In this document: piece by piece, positions 39,952 through 50,163 of the stretch
How the letters are laid out: the number at the start of each line of letters is the position of its first letter
Position numbering within the stretch: position 1 is the first letter of the stretch
IMG/VR virus record: IMGVR_UViG_3300013426_000029
Span: 1 to 64,000 of that record
Reading direction: 5' to 3' (one strand)
From: a virus
Taxonomy: Duplodnaviria > Caudoviricetes
Length of the DNA stretch: 64,000 nt
Notes under the pieces: generated by a model
The model's database searches: none
What the model was told of the DNA's origin: nothing
Seen by the model: the letters and a program-made list of their open reading frames with translations, nothing else
Position numbers and translations under genes: made by a program

Positions 39952-41525
39952 ATGTTATATATGATAGATATTATATTAACTTATTCTGATTGTGTAATAA
40001 AATTATACAATGCAGATATAATAGCTATAGAAGATAATAAAGTTTATATAACTACTTCTGTAAATGTAGCGTTTAAGAATAGTATTACAGAAGAATTTAA
40101 AGAATATAAATTAAATGAATTAGATCAATGTAAAAAGATTTATGAAGATGAATATTTATTTAATTATCCTATTAGAATTCAAATACTTTAATTTATGATA
40201 TTTTATCAAGTAAATAGTGACTATCGTATTTTTGATTATCTTATTAATAATGGTATTACTAAGTATGTATTTATTGATAAAGAATCAAAAGATTATGAAA
40301 CTAGGATGATTTTTAAAGAATATAATAAGAATATAAATTCTTATATATTTGAATCAGACAATGAAAAAGTAAGTATTCCTAAAGAAGAAATTAATAAAAG
40401 AGTTCCTTGTGGTAGACTTATTGTAAAAATACCTATACTTTGTTTGGGTGATTGGATTGCAGTTAAGAAAGATAAAGGAGTTGTATATACAAGAATAGAT
40501 ACTCCAAAAGATATTAATTTTTATTCTAATTCCGTTAATTGGAGAGTTCTTACAGATAAAGAACTTGAAGATTGTAGAAAATCTTGGAGAGTAAATACTA
40601 TAATGTGTAAGACTATTGGAGACTTTAGAAATCTTAGAACTTATACAGATTTATTTACTAATGATATTCCTGTTAAAGTAGAAATAGAAGGTAAAGAATA
40701 TGAAATATCTTCAGTTACACTTACAGAAAATGATATTACAATCAAAGTTAATCAATAATGAAATTATTTGATATAGAAACTACAGAAGAAAATCTCCTAT
40801 CTTTATATCCAAAAATAGGAGATTGTTATAAATCTACTGATGGTAGTAAACATTATATTAAAGTACTTAATATATATGATAAAATAATAGAATATCAATG
40901 GATTACTATCTGGAAAGATTCTAACTCTATAAGTATTGAAGTAAGTCAAACTCGAAGATTATTTATGGAAAAAGATAATCCAAATAGTTTTGTATATCCT
41001 ATTATTTGTAATTTAGTAGAATATATTCCTACTGAAGAATATGATAAAATATATAATAAAATTAAAGCTTTGTGTTAATACTTATTTATAGTATAATTAT
41101 AATAAAAGATACTGATATTTATAATACATTATTTAGCTTTTTAGAATAAGCACAAAAAATATATAAACAGCAGGGAAAAGATAAACTTATTATGTTTGCT
41201 AGTCATATTAGAGATTATAATCTGCTTCCTAATACTAAAGAGTTCTTCAATACTTACTCTACAGAGTCTTTAATAGAGTATAGAAATGCTCTATTAGATA
41301 TAAAAATGTGTTTAGATAAGTATCTTGATGATAATAAACTATACAATTTTAATCATGTTAAAAACAACAGTAAAAACAACTAAGAAAGCTTCTTTAGATT
41401 TATTAAATAGAATTAATACATATCTATTTGAGCAGGAATATGATGAATTATCTGGAGTTAAACAAACAGATATTAAAAAACTTAAAGATGCTGCTAAAGT
41501 ATTAGTTAATATTATAAAGAAGTAA
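39952..41525 (+). other. Run of hypothetical CDS (39952-40191, 40195-40758, 40758-41078, 41192-41383, ~41355-41525)
   Basis: Standard-code ORFs; no recognised family. Confidence 0.65.
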
Positions 41526-41595
41526 ATGTTACTAACCATTTCTACCATATTATTCTCAATATTTTTATTGGGAGTAATATGGTTTTGTTTTAATA

Positions 41596-42009
41596 ATGAA
41601 GACTAAAAAATTAATTCTTAAAAATACTTTTAGTACAGGTAATCATGGTTGGGGTAATGGGTATGTAGCTGTACCTCCAGAACATCCTTTATATGGTAAA
41701 TCATATACGGATGAAGATTATCCCGATTTTAATGTACATGGTGGTATTACATTTACAGAACCTGTTATTTACAATGAAATTACCTTTGTAAGTAAAACTA
41801 AAATTAGAGAGAAATATATAGGTAAGAGAGCATATCAACTACAATATGGTATTAGTCTTGATGGTGAAATACCTGATAATTGGTGGCTAATAGGATTTGA
41901 TACTTGTCATAGTAATGATACTAATCTTAATTGGCCTAAAGAAAGAGTTATTAATGAAACTAATTATTTACAAAAAAGAATAAATAATTTATTTAATAAA
42001 AATGAATAG
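41596..42009 (+). CDS. Conserved phage hypothetical protein
   Basis: GYVAVP..HP, VHGGITF, W.IGFDT.H motifs common in phage ORFs. Confidence 0.75.
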   Translation: MKTKKLILKNTFSTGNHGWGNGYVAVPPEHPLYGKSYTDEDYPDFNVHGGITFTEPVIYNEITFVSKTKIREKYIGKRAYQLQYGISLDGEIPDNWWLIGFDTCHSNDTNLNWPKERVINETNYLQKRINNLFNKNE

Positions 42010-42181
42010 TACTGAAGAATTAGTTATAATGGATTACAATACAGGGAGTATTATTATTTGTAAAAACCCACCAGAAGATAAAAATACAGAAGAAATTCTA
42101 AAACATTTAGGCTTAGATATTAATAATTGTACTGTTATGTTCTGTAATAACCCAAAAATTAATTACGTGAACTATGATTAA
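42002..42181 (+). CDS. 59-aa protein, paralog of 10116-10295 and 30139-30342
   Basis: ELVIMDYNTGSIII...EEILKHLGL; not in the ORF track. Confidence 0.7.
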   Translation: MNSTEELVIMDYNTGSIIICKNPPEDKNTEEILKHLGLDINNCTVMFCNNPKINYVNYD

Positions 42182-42190
42182 TATAAAATT

Positions 42191-43343
42191 ATGGATATAA
42201 AAGATAACATTAAAGAATTTATCCAGAAAAGGAAAGATAGAAAACTATATAACAAAATAGCTAAATTTGATAAGAATAATATAAAAGAAATAATTCTTGA
42301 ACAAATTGAAGATATTTGTGCAGATAGCTATGACGATGGTTATGAAGAAGGTTTTATGAAAGGTATGGAAATTGTAGCTCAATATATAGATTCACTATAT
42401 GATACAAAGGATTCTTCTAAATCTGATATTATATTAAAAGAATTAAAAAACCTCCTAAAAAAATTAAACAATAATGAATAATATAGAGTTCAGTAAAACC
42501 GATTCTGAAGCATATAATTGGATTGTAAATAATCTTGATAAGCTTTCAGATAAAGACTTTACAAAAGTTCAAAATATAATGACCAGACTTTATAATATCG
42601 ATTCTAGATTATCAATGCTTAAAGCATTAGAATACAATCTATCCCATAGTGCAATTAAAGTATTAGTTAATCTTAAAAACGAATATAATAATTTAAAGAA
42701 TAAATGAGCATAGACGAACAAATTAAGATTTTACAAGCCTATAAGAACGGCAAGCTAATTGAAATAGAAGTCTTTGATAATGGATATTATTTATGGATAA
42801 CATTGAATTCTGATAAAGATTATACCTTTGATTTCAGGAATAATAACTATCGTATTAAGCAAAAACCTAAAATTCGTCCTTATAAAGATGCTAAAGAATT
42901 CTTAGAAGCAAGTAAGGAACATGGGCTATTCATTGATACCTCTCCCCTTCAGTTGAGCAACTGCTACAACTTACCTATTTATGTAAGTCCTGACGGTGTG
43001 AGGTTTGTTCATAGAGCATATTCGTTTTCAGAGATAAAGAAATATCATTGGCAAGATGGTACGCCCTGTGGAATTGTTGAATAATAAATTAATTAAAGAT
43101 GGTTATAAACTATTATTAGATACTCCTACTATACATATTTATTATAAGTGGTTTGATAATCTTAAAGTAGAAATTATAATAGAAGATGAAACTGAAGAAT
43201 GTGCAAAAGATATTAGATGTCATATTGATGATGATAAAGGTATATCTTTAGGAGATTTAACAGTTAATAACTATAAAGAATGTAAGAGATTTATTAAATT
43301 TGTATCTGAACTAATTAAAGATAGAAATGCTGAAATACACTGA
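42191..43343 (+). other. Four hypothetical CDS (42191-42481, 42474-42707, 42704-43084, ~43056-43343)
   Basis: Coupled ORFs; 42704 ends with DGTPCG. Confidence 0.7.
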
Positions 43344-43800
43344 TAGTCAAGTTACATTTAGCGAAGTACCAGATGAAATATCTTTATGTATTAATATAAG
43401 TAATTGTCCTAATAATTGTCCAGGATGCCACTCTAGCTACTTAAAGAATGATATTGGTACTTTATTAAGTAAAGAAGAATTATCTCGTCTTATAGAAACT
43501 AATCAAGGAATTAGTTGTGTCTGTATTATGGGAGGAGATTCAGAGCCTAAAGAAGTAAATAACATAGCTAAATTTATTAGAGATAAATATAAGCTTAAAA
43601 CTACTTGGTATAGTGGCAATACTGAATTAAGTAAAGATATAGATATTAGTAATTTCGATTTTATTAAGATTGGGCCTTATGATAGAAATAAAGGCCCATT
43701 GAATAATCCTAATACTAATCAAAAGTTTTATGAAGTAGTTACTATGTCTACTGGTAAACAAAAACTTCATGATATAACATTTAAATTTTGGAGAAAATGA
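43327..43800 (+). CDS. nrdG: Anaerobic RNR activase (radical SAM)
   Basis: EVPDEISL, CPNNCPGCHS, MGGD, IKIGPY, TNQ. Confidence 0.93.
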   Translation: MLKYTDSQVTFSEVPDEISLCINISNCPNNCPGCHSSYLKNDIGTLLSKEELSRLIETNQGISCVCIMGGDSEPKEVNNIAKFIRDKYKLKTTWYSGNTELSKDIDISNFDFIKIGPYDRNKGPLNNPNTNQKFYEVVTMSTGKQKLHDITFKFWRK

Positions 43801-43940
43801 CATTTATAATTCATTTTAAAGACGGTCATAGAGAGCAATATTCTAATCGATATGATGAGGATGATGAACAAGAAAGAGATGCTGCATGGGATGATGTATA
43901 TATGACATTCCCAGAAGCTGATTATATTGAATCTTTTTAA
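43797..43940 (+). CDS. 47-aa acidic protein
   Basis: MTFIIHFKDGHREQY...YDEDDEQERDAAWDDVY; ATGA-coupled. Confidence 0.65.
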   Translation: MTFIIHFKDGHREQYSNRYDEDDEQERDAAWDDVYMTFPEADYIESF

Positions 43941-43942
43941 TT

Positions 43943-44155
43943 ATGATAGAGATTAAAAGACTTGATGGTTGGAAATTAAATCCTAATGATAGAGTAGTTA
44001 ATGCTATTCTGCGTAGAGCTGAAAAGAATAATGGAATCTGTCCTTGTATTCATACTACACCAGAATATAAAGGTAAAGATTTACATTGTCCTTGTACAGA
44101 TTATACAGAAAGAAATAATTGTATTTGTGGTTTATATATAAAAGATGGGAACTAA
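43943..44155 (+). CDS. Ferredoxin-thioredoxin reductase catalytic-subunit-like protein
   Basis: LNP...GICPC...HCPC...CICGLY cysteine pattern. Confidence 0.8.
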   Translation: MIEIKRLDGWKLNPNDRVVNAILRRAEKNNGICPCIHTTPEYKGKDLHCPCTDYTERNNCICGLYIKDGN

Positions 44156-44863
44156 TTTTTATTTAAAAAGAAAAATAAACGAATCTACTAAAAAAGTTCT
44201 TAAAGATTGTATTGATAAAGATGATATAGATACAGTAAGAAGTATTCTTAATGATTATAAAGATATTCATATAGGTAAAAGAAGTGCTGGTTGGAAATTC
44301 TTATGGGATGCTCATTATTTTAAATATTTTGAACCAAATAAAGATAGTATTTTAAGATGGTTAATGTCTGGAATAATTTATGACGAATACGGAAGAACAT
44401 TTGATATAAATGACTTTCTTTATAAAGAATTAGATGGCTTTATAGATAAAGGATATGATATAGAAAGCTTTTATAATAAAGAAACTCCTAATTATAGTTT
44501 AGATTCAAATATAAAGGAATTTAAAAGAAGGGTTAGTGATAAATATCCTGCTATAAATAAGTATGGAGAATTTTATATTGATAATTTAAGGTTTACTGTA
44601 AATGAAGATTTTTCTTAAATATGAAAACTAAATTAGTAAATATTAAAGTAACTGTACCTATTGATACAGATTTCTATATAGAAGTTTCTGAAAAAGAAAC
44701 TAAAGAAAATATAATTGAACGTGCTAAGCAAGAAGTAAAATTTCCAACAGAATATCCTTTTATATTAGATAAGTATCTTAAAAGAAGAGGTATTAATATT
44801 GTTGGATTGGATAGTATGTTAAAATCTTGGAATCTTGGGGAAGTAAAGTATGAAGTCATTTAA
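44145..44863 (+). other. Two hypothetical CDS (44145-44618 with MGTNFY/HIGKRSAGWKF, 44621-44863)
   Basis: Coupled ORFs. Confidence 0.7.
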
Positions 44864-45042
44864 TATTATTATAGAAGATAATGGGATATTCAAATCATAC
44901 AATATAATTCCTACTTTATTAAAAGTATGTAAGAATATAAAGATTTAAAGGTAAAGTAGAAAAAAAGATTGATGTATATGATCAAGTGATAATGAATCTT
45001 GATATAATTGTTGATATATTAAAAGAAGAGCTTAATGAATGA
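44850..45042 (+). pseudogene. Probable internally deleted/frameshifted gene
   Basis: MKSFNIIIEDNGIFKSYNIIP stops early; another frame gives EKKIDVYDQVIMNLDIIVDIL to TGA 45042 with no start codon of its own. Confidence 0.5.
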
Positions 45043-45151
45043 ATTTCAATATTATGTTTAATAATATTTATATTCTTTCTAGATTATAGAGTTGAAAGAA
45101 GAATTAAGTTTTTAGAAAATGATATTGAAGAACTTAAAGAAAAAATAAATA

Positions 45152-45487
45152 ATGAAGATAAACTTTAATTATAAATTTAAAATTAAGAATCCTGTAGTAA
45201 TATGTTATATAAGTATTGCTAGTTCTAGATTTTATCTTACTGCTAGAGCAAAAGCATTTTGTTCTGAACATGATTCTTTTAATATTGAAAAAGGTAAAGA
45301 ACTAGCTTTAGCTAGAGCTAAAGAATTAGTAATAAAGAAAAGCATCAAAAAACTTCACAGGGATAGAATTAAACTTAATAAATCTAGATTTACGTTAGAT
45401 TCAGATATATTAGATATGTATCGTATGTCTGACTCTATCAATAAACACAGAACTAATATTGAACATAATTATGGGTTGGAGTACTGA
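45152..45487 (+). CDS. Hypothetical protein with CxxxDxFxxxxGxxxAxxRA motif
   Basis: AFCSEHDSFNIEKGKELALARAK. Confidence 0.7.
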   Translation: MKINFNYKFKIKNPVVICYISIASSRFYLTARAKAFCSEHDSFNIEKGKELALARAKELVIKKSIKKLHRDRIKLNKSRFTLDSDILDMYRMSDSINKHRTNIEHNYGLEY

Positions 45488-45881
45488 ATTATTTTGTAAT
45501 ATATCCTTTAATAAGGAAACTTTTAGTAGTAAGTTTGAAGTAGAAGATAAAATTGATGAAATCAAACAATATATACAAACTTGTAAAGATACATTACGGG
45601 ATTTAGCAATAATGACCGAACCTGAAAAGATGTTTAATAAAACAGAAGATAAACCAATTTATTATTGTGTATCAGATGAGTTTGAATCTCAATTTAGTCT
45701 GCTCCAAGAATATTATGTAGATTTATACAAATTAGAATTACTTTTAGATAATTGGGATAATTGTCATACTAAGGATGGTTTAGCAATAGATCCTCCAGAT
45801 AATATTCATTGGGACACAGCTTATCTTAGCGGTGATTTTATTAAAAGTGCAAAATATCCTAATAGATCTGATAAGTTTTAA
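45471..45881 (+). CDS. Hypothetical protein
   Basis: Probable ATG start MGWSTEL. Confidence 0.65.
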   Translation: MGWSTELFCNISFNKETFSSKFEVEDKIDEIKQYIQTCKDTLRDLAIMTEPEKMFNKTEDKPIYYCVSDEFESQFSLLQEYYVDLYKLELLLDNWDNCHTKDGLAIDPPDNIHWDTAYLSGDFIKSAKYPNRSDKF

Positions 45882-45921
45882 TAGATTATATTGATTTTTA
45901 CTTTTTAAATATTTTTTAATT

Positions 45922-46140
45922 ATGAACAAGAATTTGATTGATATTGAAGACGTAATTGATGATGTAACAATTATAGATGATGAAAATATAATTGACGATT
46001 ACGAGGATATTCCTGATGGTTTAGAACCAGATTTGATTGGCGATGAAAATTATGACCCTGAAGATGTTAATGAATATCTTATAAATAAGGTAGAACAAGA
46101 AGAACTTATTAATTCTTCAAGGAATGATATAGATTTCTAA
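45922..46140 (+). CDS. Highly acidic 72-aa protein
   Basis: 26 D/E versus 3 K/R residues. Confidence 0.7.
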   Translation: MNKNLIDIEDVIDDVTIIDDENIIDDYEDIPDGLEPDLIGDENYDPEDVNEYLINKVEQEELINSSRNDIDF

Positions 46141-46145
46141 TAAAA

Positions 46146-47767
46146 ATGATATTAGATTCAAATAAAGTGGGTATTTGGTTTACTTCAGATACCCATTTTT
46201 ATCATAAAAACATTATTAAGTTTGCTAATAGACCTTGGAATACAGTAGAAGAAATGAATAATACATTAATTAACAATTGGAATGAAGTTGTTAAACCTAA
46301 TGATACGGTATTTCATTTAGGAGACTTTGCTTTTACTTCTAATGGTAATTGGAAAAAACTTATTAATGAATTAAATGGAAAAATCTATCTTATATTAGGA
46401 AATCATAAAATTTACGAATTTTAACAAGGAAACCTGAGGAAACCTAATTATATTTGTGCTGTAATAAATTTATTATTTTATGAGACAGCACAAATTAAAC
46501 ATTGATTATTTTAATGAGATTAATTCTCATGAGAAGGCGTATGTATTAGGTTTCTTATATACAGATGGATCAAATAGGGGAGATGGTATAATATTTTCAC
46601 AGAATGTTGAAAGAATAAATATTCTTGAGAAGATAAAGAAGGCTTTAGATTCTGAAGCTCCTATTAGAGAACGAGTTTCAGGACTTTTTGTTCTTGAACT
46701 GTTTAGCAAAAAAATGGTTAAGGACGTTGAACGGCTAGGTGTTGTTAGAAACAAGTCCCTAATATTACAATTTCCAACTAAAGAGTTGGTTCCAGAGGAG
46801 TTTATGTCTTCTTTTATTCTCGGATATTTTGACGGAGATGGATACATTTGGAACGGTAAGAGAAAGAAAATGATAGTTAAAGATTCTTCACGCAAAGAAG
46901 GATTTAGAGAAAGGATAGTATATAATGTAAAATTTACTTTTACTGGATGTGTATCCTTTATTGCTCCTCTACAAGAGTATTTGGTTAAGGTAGGTATAGT
47001 AAAGAGAAAAACTAAATTAAACTACTCCAAAGCAAAGAATACAAATAATTCTACTTGTGACAAAGTGTGTACTATGGAGTACTCCGGCAGAGGACAGATA
47101 AAGAATCTCTATGAGTATATGTATTCAAAAGCCCCTATTTGGTGCAATGAAAAGAAGTTAAAATTTGAAAAAATATTTTGTGCTTCAGATGAGAAATCAC
47201 CTGTAGAAACTGTGTTAACTGAGGAAACGGCTGAGAGGCTAATCCTCAACCAAGCCTCTAATGTGGAGGAAGGCTCATCGACTATCCCTGAGATGGGAGT
47301 AGGACCAAGTGGTCCGAAATACACAGCCCCTAACGAGCAAAGTCGAGGGTGTGAGATAGTCAGTTCTCATATGAATAAAGAAGTATGAGCTATGGGTATG
47401 AGATACCCTATCGGTACTAGTCTAACGAACTAGTATAAACACCAAGGACGAATTACATAGTCCGGGTAAATATGTATTAGATTTATTTGAAGGGGTATAC
47501 AATCAATTGTTAATTAAAATTGATAATAGAAAAGTATATTTAAATCATTATCCTTTTCTTTGTTATGCTGGAACATATAGAGGTAAAGATTATAATACAA
47601 TACAATTATTTGGACATGTACATAGTAATAAAGAAAATACTCATGGTAAAGATAAAGATAGATTAAAATATTTATTTCCTACTCAATATGATGTAGGAGT
47701 AGATAATAATAATTATTATCCAGTATCTTGGAATCAAATATTAGAAATTATAAATAAATATGGCTAA
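46146..47767 (+). CDS. Metallophosphoesterase split by a group I intron; exons 46146-46406 and 47447-47767
   Basis: SDTH, HLGDF, GNH|D restored by splicing, NHYP, GHVH, DVGVD. Confidence 0.9.
46407..47446 (+). mobile_element. Group I intron 3 carrying a LAGLIDADG gene
   Basis: Exon ends CAU, intron ends G; P3 CUGUGU/ACACAG; P7 GACUA/UAGUC; IGS not confidently located. Confidence 0.87.
46480..47388 (+). CDS. Intron-encoded LAGLIDADG homing endonuclease
   Basis: AYVLGFLYTDGS and FILGYFDGDG; C-terminus runs through the ribozyme core. Confidence 0.9.
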   Translation: MRQHKLNIDYFNEINSHEKAYVLGFLYTDGSNRGDGIIFSQNVERINILEKIKKALDSEAPIRERVSGLFVLELFSKKMVKDVERLGVVRNKSLILQFPTKELVPEEFMSSFILGYFDGDGYIWNGKRKKMIVKDSSRKEGFRERIVYNVKFTFTGCVSFIAPLQEYLVKVGIVKRKTKLNYSKAKNTNNSTCDKVCTMEYSGRGQIKNLYEYMYSKAPIWCNEKKLKFEKIFCASDEKSPVETVLTEETAERLILNQASNVEEGSSTIPEMGVGPSGPKYTAPNEQSRGCEIVSSHMNKEV

Positions 47768-48305
47768 CGTTTGTAATAATACACTTAAAGTATATTCTGA
47801 TAATGAAAAGAATTTAGATTATGTATGTAAATTCTTTGATAATCCAAATATCAATTCAATTAGAGAGTGGGTAGATAATAACGAAATAGAATTTTATTTT
47901 GATTCAAAATGGATATTTCCAGAAGAATTAATGAATAAATTATATGAAGGATTACCAGATAAAAGTGATATTGATATGACCTGTTTATCAGTAGAACAAA
48001 TTAATTTATATTGTGAATTTCATACTTGTGATGAAGAAGGTTGGCATTCAATAAGGTAATTTATGAAAATAGTTTATAGTACTGGTTGCATTTCAGAAGG
48101 AATTACAATTGATAATAAAAATTATAATTCTTATTCTAAAGAGGAAATAAAAAAGATTCTTCATAAAATGTTAGATAAGGTAGATAATATCGCAGACTTA
48201 CAAGAAATTATGAGTAATCTATGTGAGATAGTAGGTTATTGTAAAGATCTTGGGCAATGCGAACAATGCGGAGATTGGGTGTATGATTATACTGTAGAAT
48301 TATGA
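47760..48305 (+). other. Two hypothetical CDS (47760-48059 MANVCNNTL/FDSKW type, 48063-48305 with CEQCG)
   Basis: Coupled ORFs. Confidence 0.7.
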
Positions 48306-48496
48306 AAAAAATATTATTATTAAGTTTACTTGGATTATGTAGTTGTGATATAGTACTTACAGAAGAACCTATAACTGTAAGATATTATCCACAACCATAT
48401 TATTATATTCCAGCTAAACCAATTCATCATCCTCCTAGGGTTTATCCATTAGATCCTCCAGGAAGATATTATCATTCTAAACCTCATAGACGATGA
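48302..48496 (+). CDS. Small Pro/Tyr/His-rich lipoprotein
   Basis: MKKILLLSLLGLCS-C lipobox. Confidence 0.7.
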   Translation: MKKILLLSLLGLCSCDIVLTEEPITVRYYPQPYYYIPAKPIHHPPRVYPLDPPGRYYHSKPHRR

Positions 48497-48954
48497 TTGA
48501 TATTAATAAACTTATTAGGGAAGCAATGAAATCTAATGATAGAGATGCATTGCGAACTTATCAAAACTTAAAAGCAGAAATACAATTAGTAAAAACTGCT
48601 AAAAATGCTAAAGAATATACAGAAGCTGTTGAGATACAACTGTTGAGTAAAATGTGTAAAAAATTAGAAGATGCAATTATAAGCTTCTCAGACGCTGGTA
48701 GAGACGATTTAGTTTCTTCTTATACAATTGAATTACATATACTACAAAAGTTGCTTCCTAAGCCTGTATCAGAGTCAGAGATATGTTCTGCTATTATATT
48801 ATGGTGTGCTAAAAATGGGTATTGTGATGGTGTTACTGCTGATTGTTCAATCCCAAAAAAGGAAATGGGAATAACTATAAAAGCCATTAAAGATAAATAT
48901 CCTAATGCCGATGGTAAATTAATTGCTAAAATTGTAAAATCTTATGTTGTATAA
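48493..48954 (+). CDS. GatB/YqeY domain protein
   Basis: AMKS.D, AGRDDL...E..IL..LLP, KEMG, ADGK motifs. Confidence 0.88.
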   Translation: MIDINKLIREAMKSNDRDALRTYQNLKAEIQLVKTAKNAKEYTEAVEIQLLSKMCKKLEDAIISFSDAGRDDLVSSYTIELHILQKLLPKPVSESEICSAIILWCAKNGYCDGVTADCSIPKKEMGITIKAIKDKYPNADGKLIAKIVKSYVV

Positions 48955-49426
48955 ATTTATATCTGAGGAACCTTTTTATTATTATGGTTCAAAGTTTGCT
49001 GAAAAGGGGAATATTTTAGAAACAAAAGGTAGAGATACAATTATTAATTTAGATACAGGTTGTAAAATAGAAGGACTCGATGAAGTCATTGGACAACTTG
49101 TAGACAGTTGTGAATTTTATCCAGAAGATATACATTCAATAGTAAGTAAATCGGGTGAAACTACAGCTACAATAGACAATGTTAATCATCCTAAACATTA
49201 CACATGGTTAAAAGATAAGTGTGGAATTGAGGTAATTGATATAGTAAGACACATGAACTTCAATTTAGGACAAATATTAAAATATATTCTAAGATTAGGG
49301 CATAAAAATGATAATAACTTTAGTAACTATGAGAAGATATTATCTGATTTGCATAAAGCTGAATATTATTTAAAAATGGAAATTAATAGGGTAGATAAAT
49401 TATGCAAGAACAATGGAAATCATTGA
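48944..49426 (+). CDS. DUF3310 (SaV-like) protein
   Basis: DNVNHPKHY, GIEVID, KYILRLGHK, DLHKAEYY. Confidence 0.85.
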   Translation: MLYKFISEEPFYYYGSKFAEKGNILETKGRDTIINLDTGCKIEGLDEVIGQLVDSCEFYPEDIHSIVSKSGETTATIDNVNHPKHYTWLKDKCGIEVIDIVRHMNFNLGQILKYILRLGHKNDNNFSNYEKILSDLHKAEYYLKMEINRVDKLCKNNGNH

Positions 49427-50163
49427 GTAAATACAAGGGTTTAATAGAAGTTAGTACTCTTGGTAGAGTTAGAAGATTACATAGAAAATCAGATATATTG
49501 AAACCTAAACTGGATAAAAGAGGATACTTATGTGTTCATATACGAATATCTAAATTGGGGATAAATAAAATGGTTAAAATACATAGGTTAGTAGCCGAAG
49601 CTTTTATACCTAATCCAAATAATTTACCTATTGTAAATCATAAAAATGAAATAAAAACAGATAATAGAGTAGGAAATCTTGAATGGTGTACCCATAAATA
49701 TAATGTAAATTATGGAACAGGATTAAAAAGAAGAGCTTATAATTCTAGAAATCAAGTACACAAAAGTTGTCCTATATTACAATATTCATTAAATGGAGAG
49801 TTTATACAAGAGTTTCCTTCATTTAAGGAAGTACAAAGGTATTTAGGTAAATCATATAGTAATGTTTGGAATGTATGCAATGGTAGGGGGATTAGTGCTT
49901 ATGGATATAAATGGAGTTATAAATACATAGAAGGTAAAAAAATAGAAATTCCTAATTCCTATACTTGGTTTAAAAAGAATTATGGTTTAGATTTATCAAT
50001 AATTTTACAAGACTTATCATTTGATATAGCTTGTGCCATTAAGTATATTCTTAGGTCAGGCCATAAGTCTGAGCAAGATGTACCTGATAAAGCTAAAGAA
50101 ATAGAAGATCTTAAGAAAGCTATTTGGTATATTAATGATAGAATTAAAGAACTAGAACAGTGA
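49402..50163 (+). CDS. NUMOD4-HNH-NUMOD1 homing endonuclease fused to a second DUF3310 C-terminal half
   Basis: EVSTLGRVR, HRLVAEAFIPNP, VNHKNE..DNRV.NLEW; tail KYILRSGHK...EDLKKAIWYI. Confidence 0.9.
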   Translation: MQEQWKSLSKYKGLIEVSTLGRVRRLHRKSDILKPKLDKRGYLCVHIRISKLGINKMVKIHRLVAEAFIPNPNNLPIVNHKNEIKTDNRVGNLEWCTHKYNVNYGTGLKRRAYNSRNQVHKSCPILQYSLNGEFIQEFPSFKEVQRYLGKSYSNVWNVCNGRGISAYGYKWSYKYIEGKKIEIPNSYTWFKKNYGLDLSIILQDLSFDIACAIKYILRSGHKSEQDVPDKAKEIEDLKKAIWYINDRIKELEQ

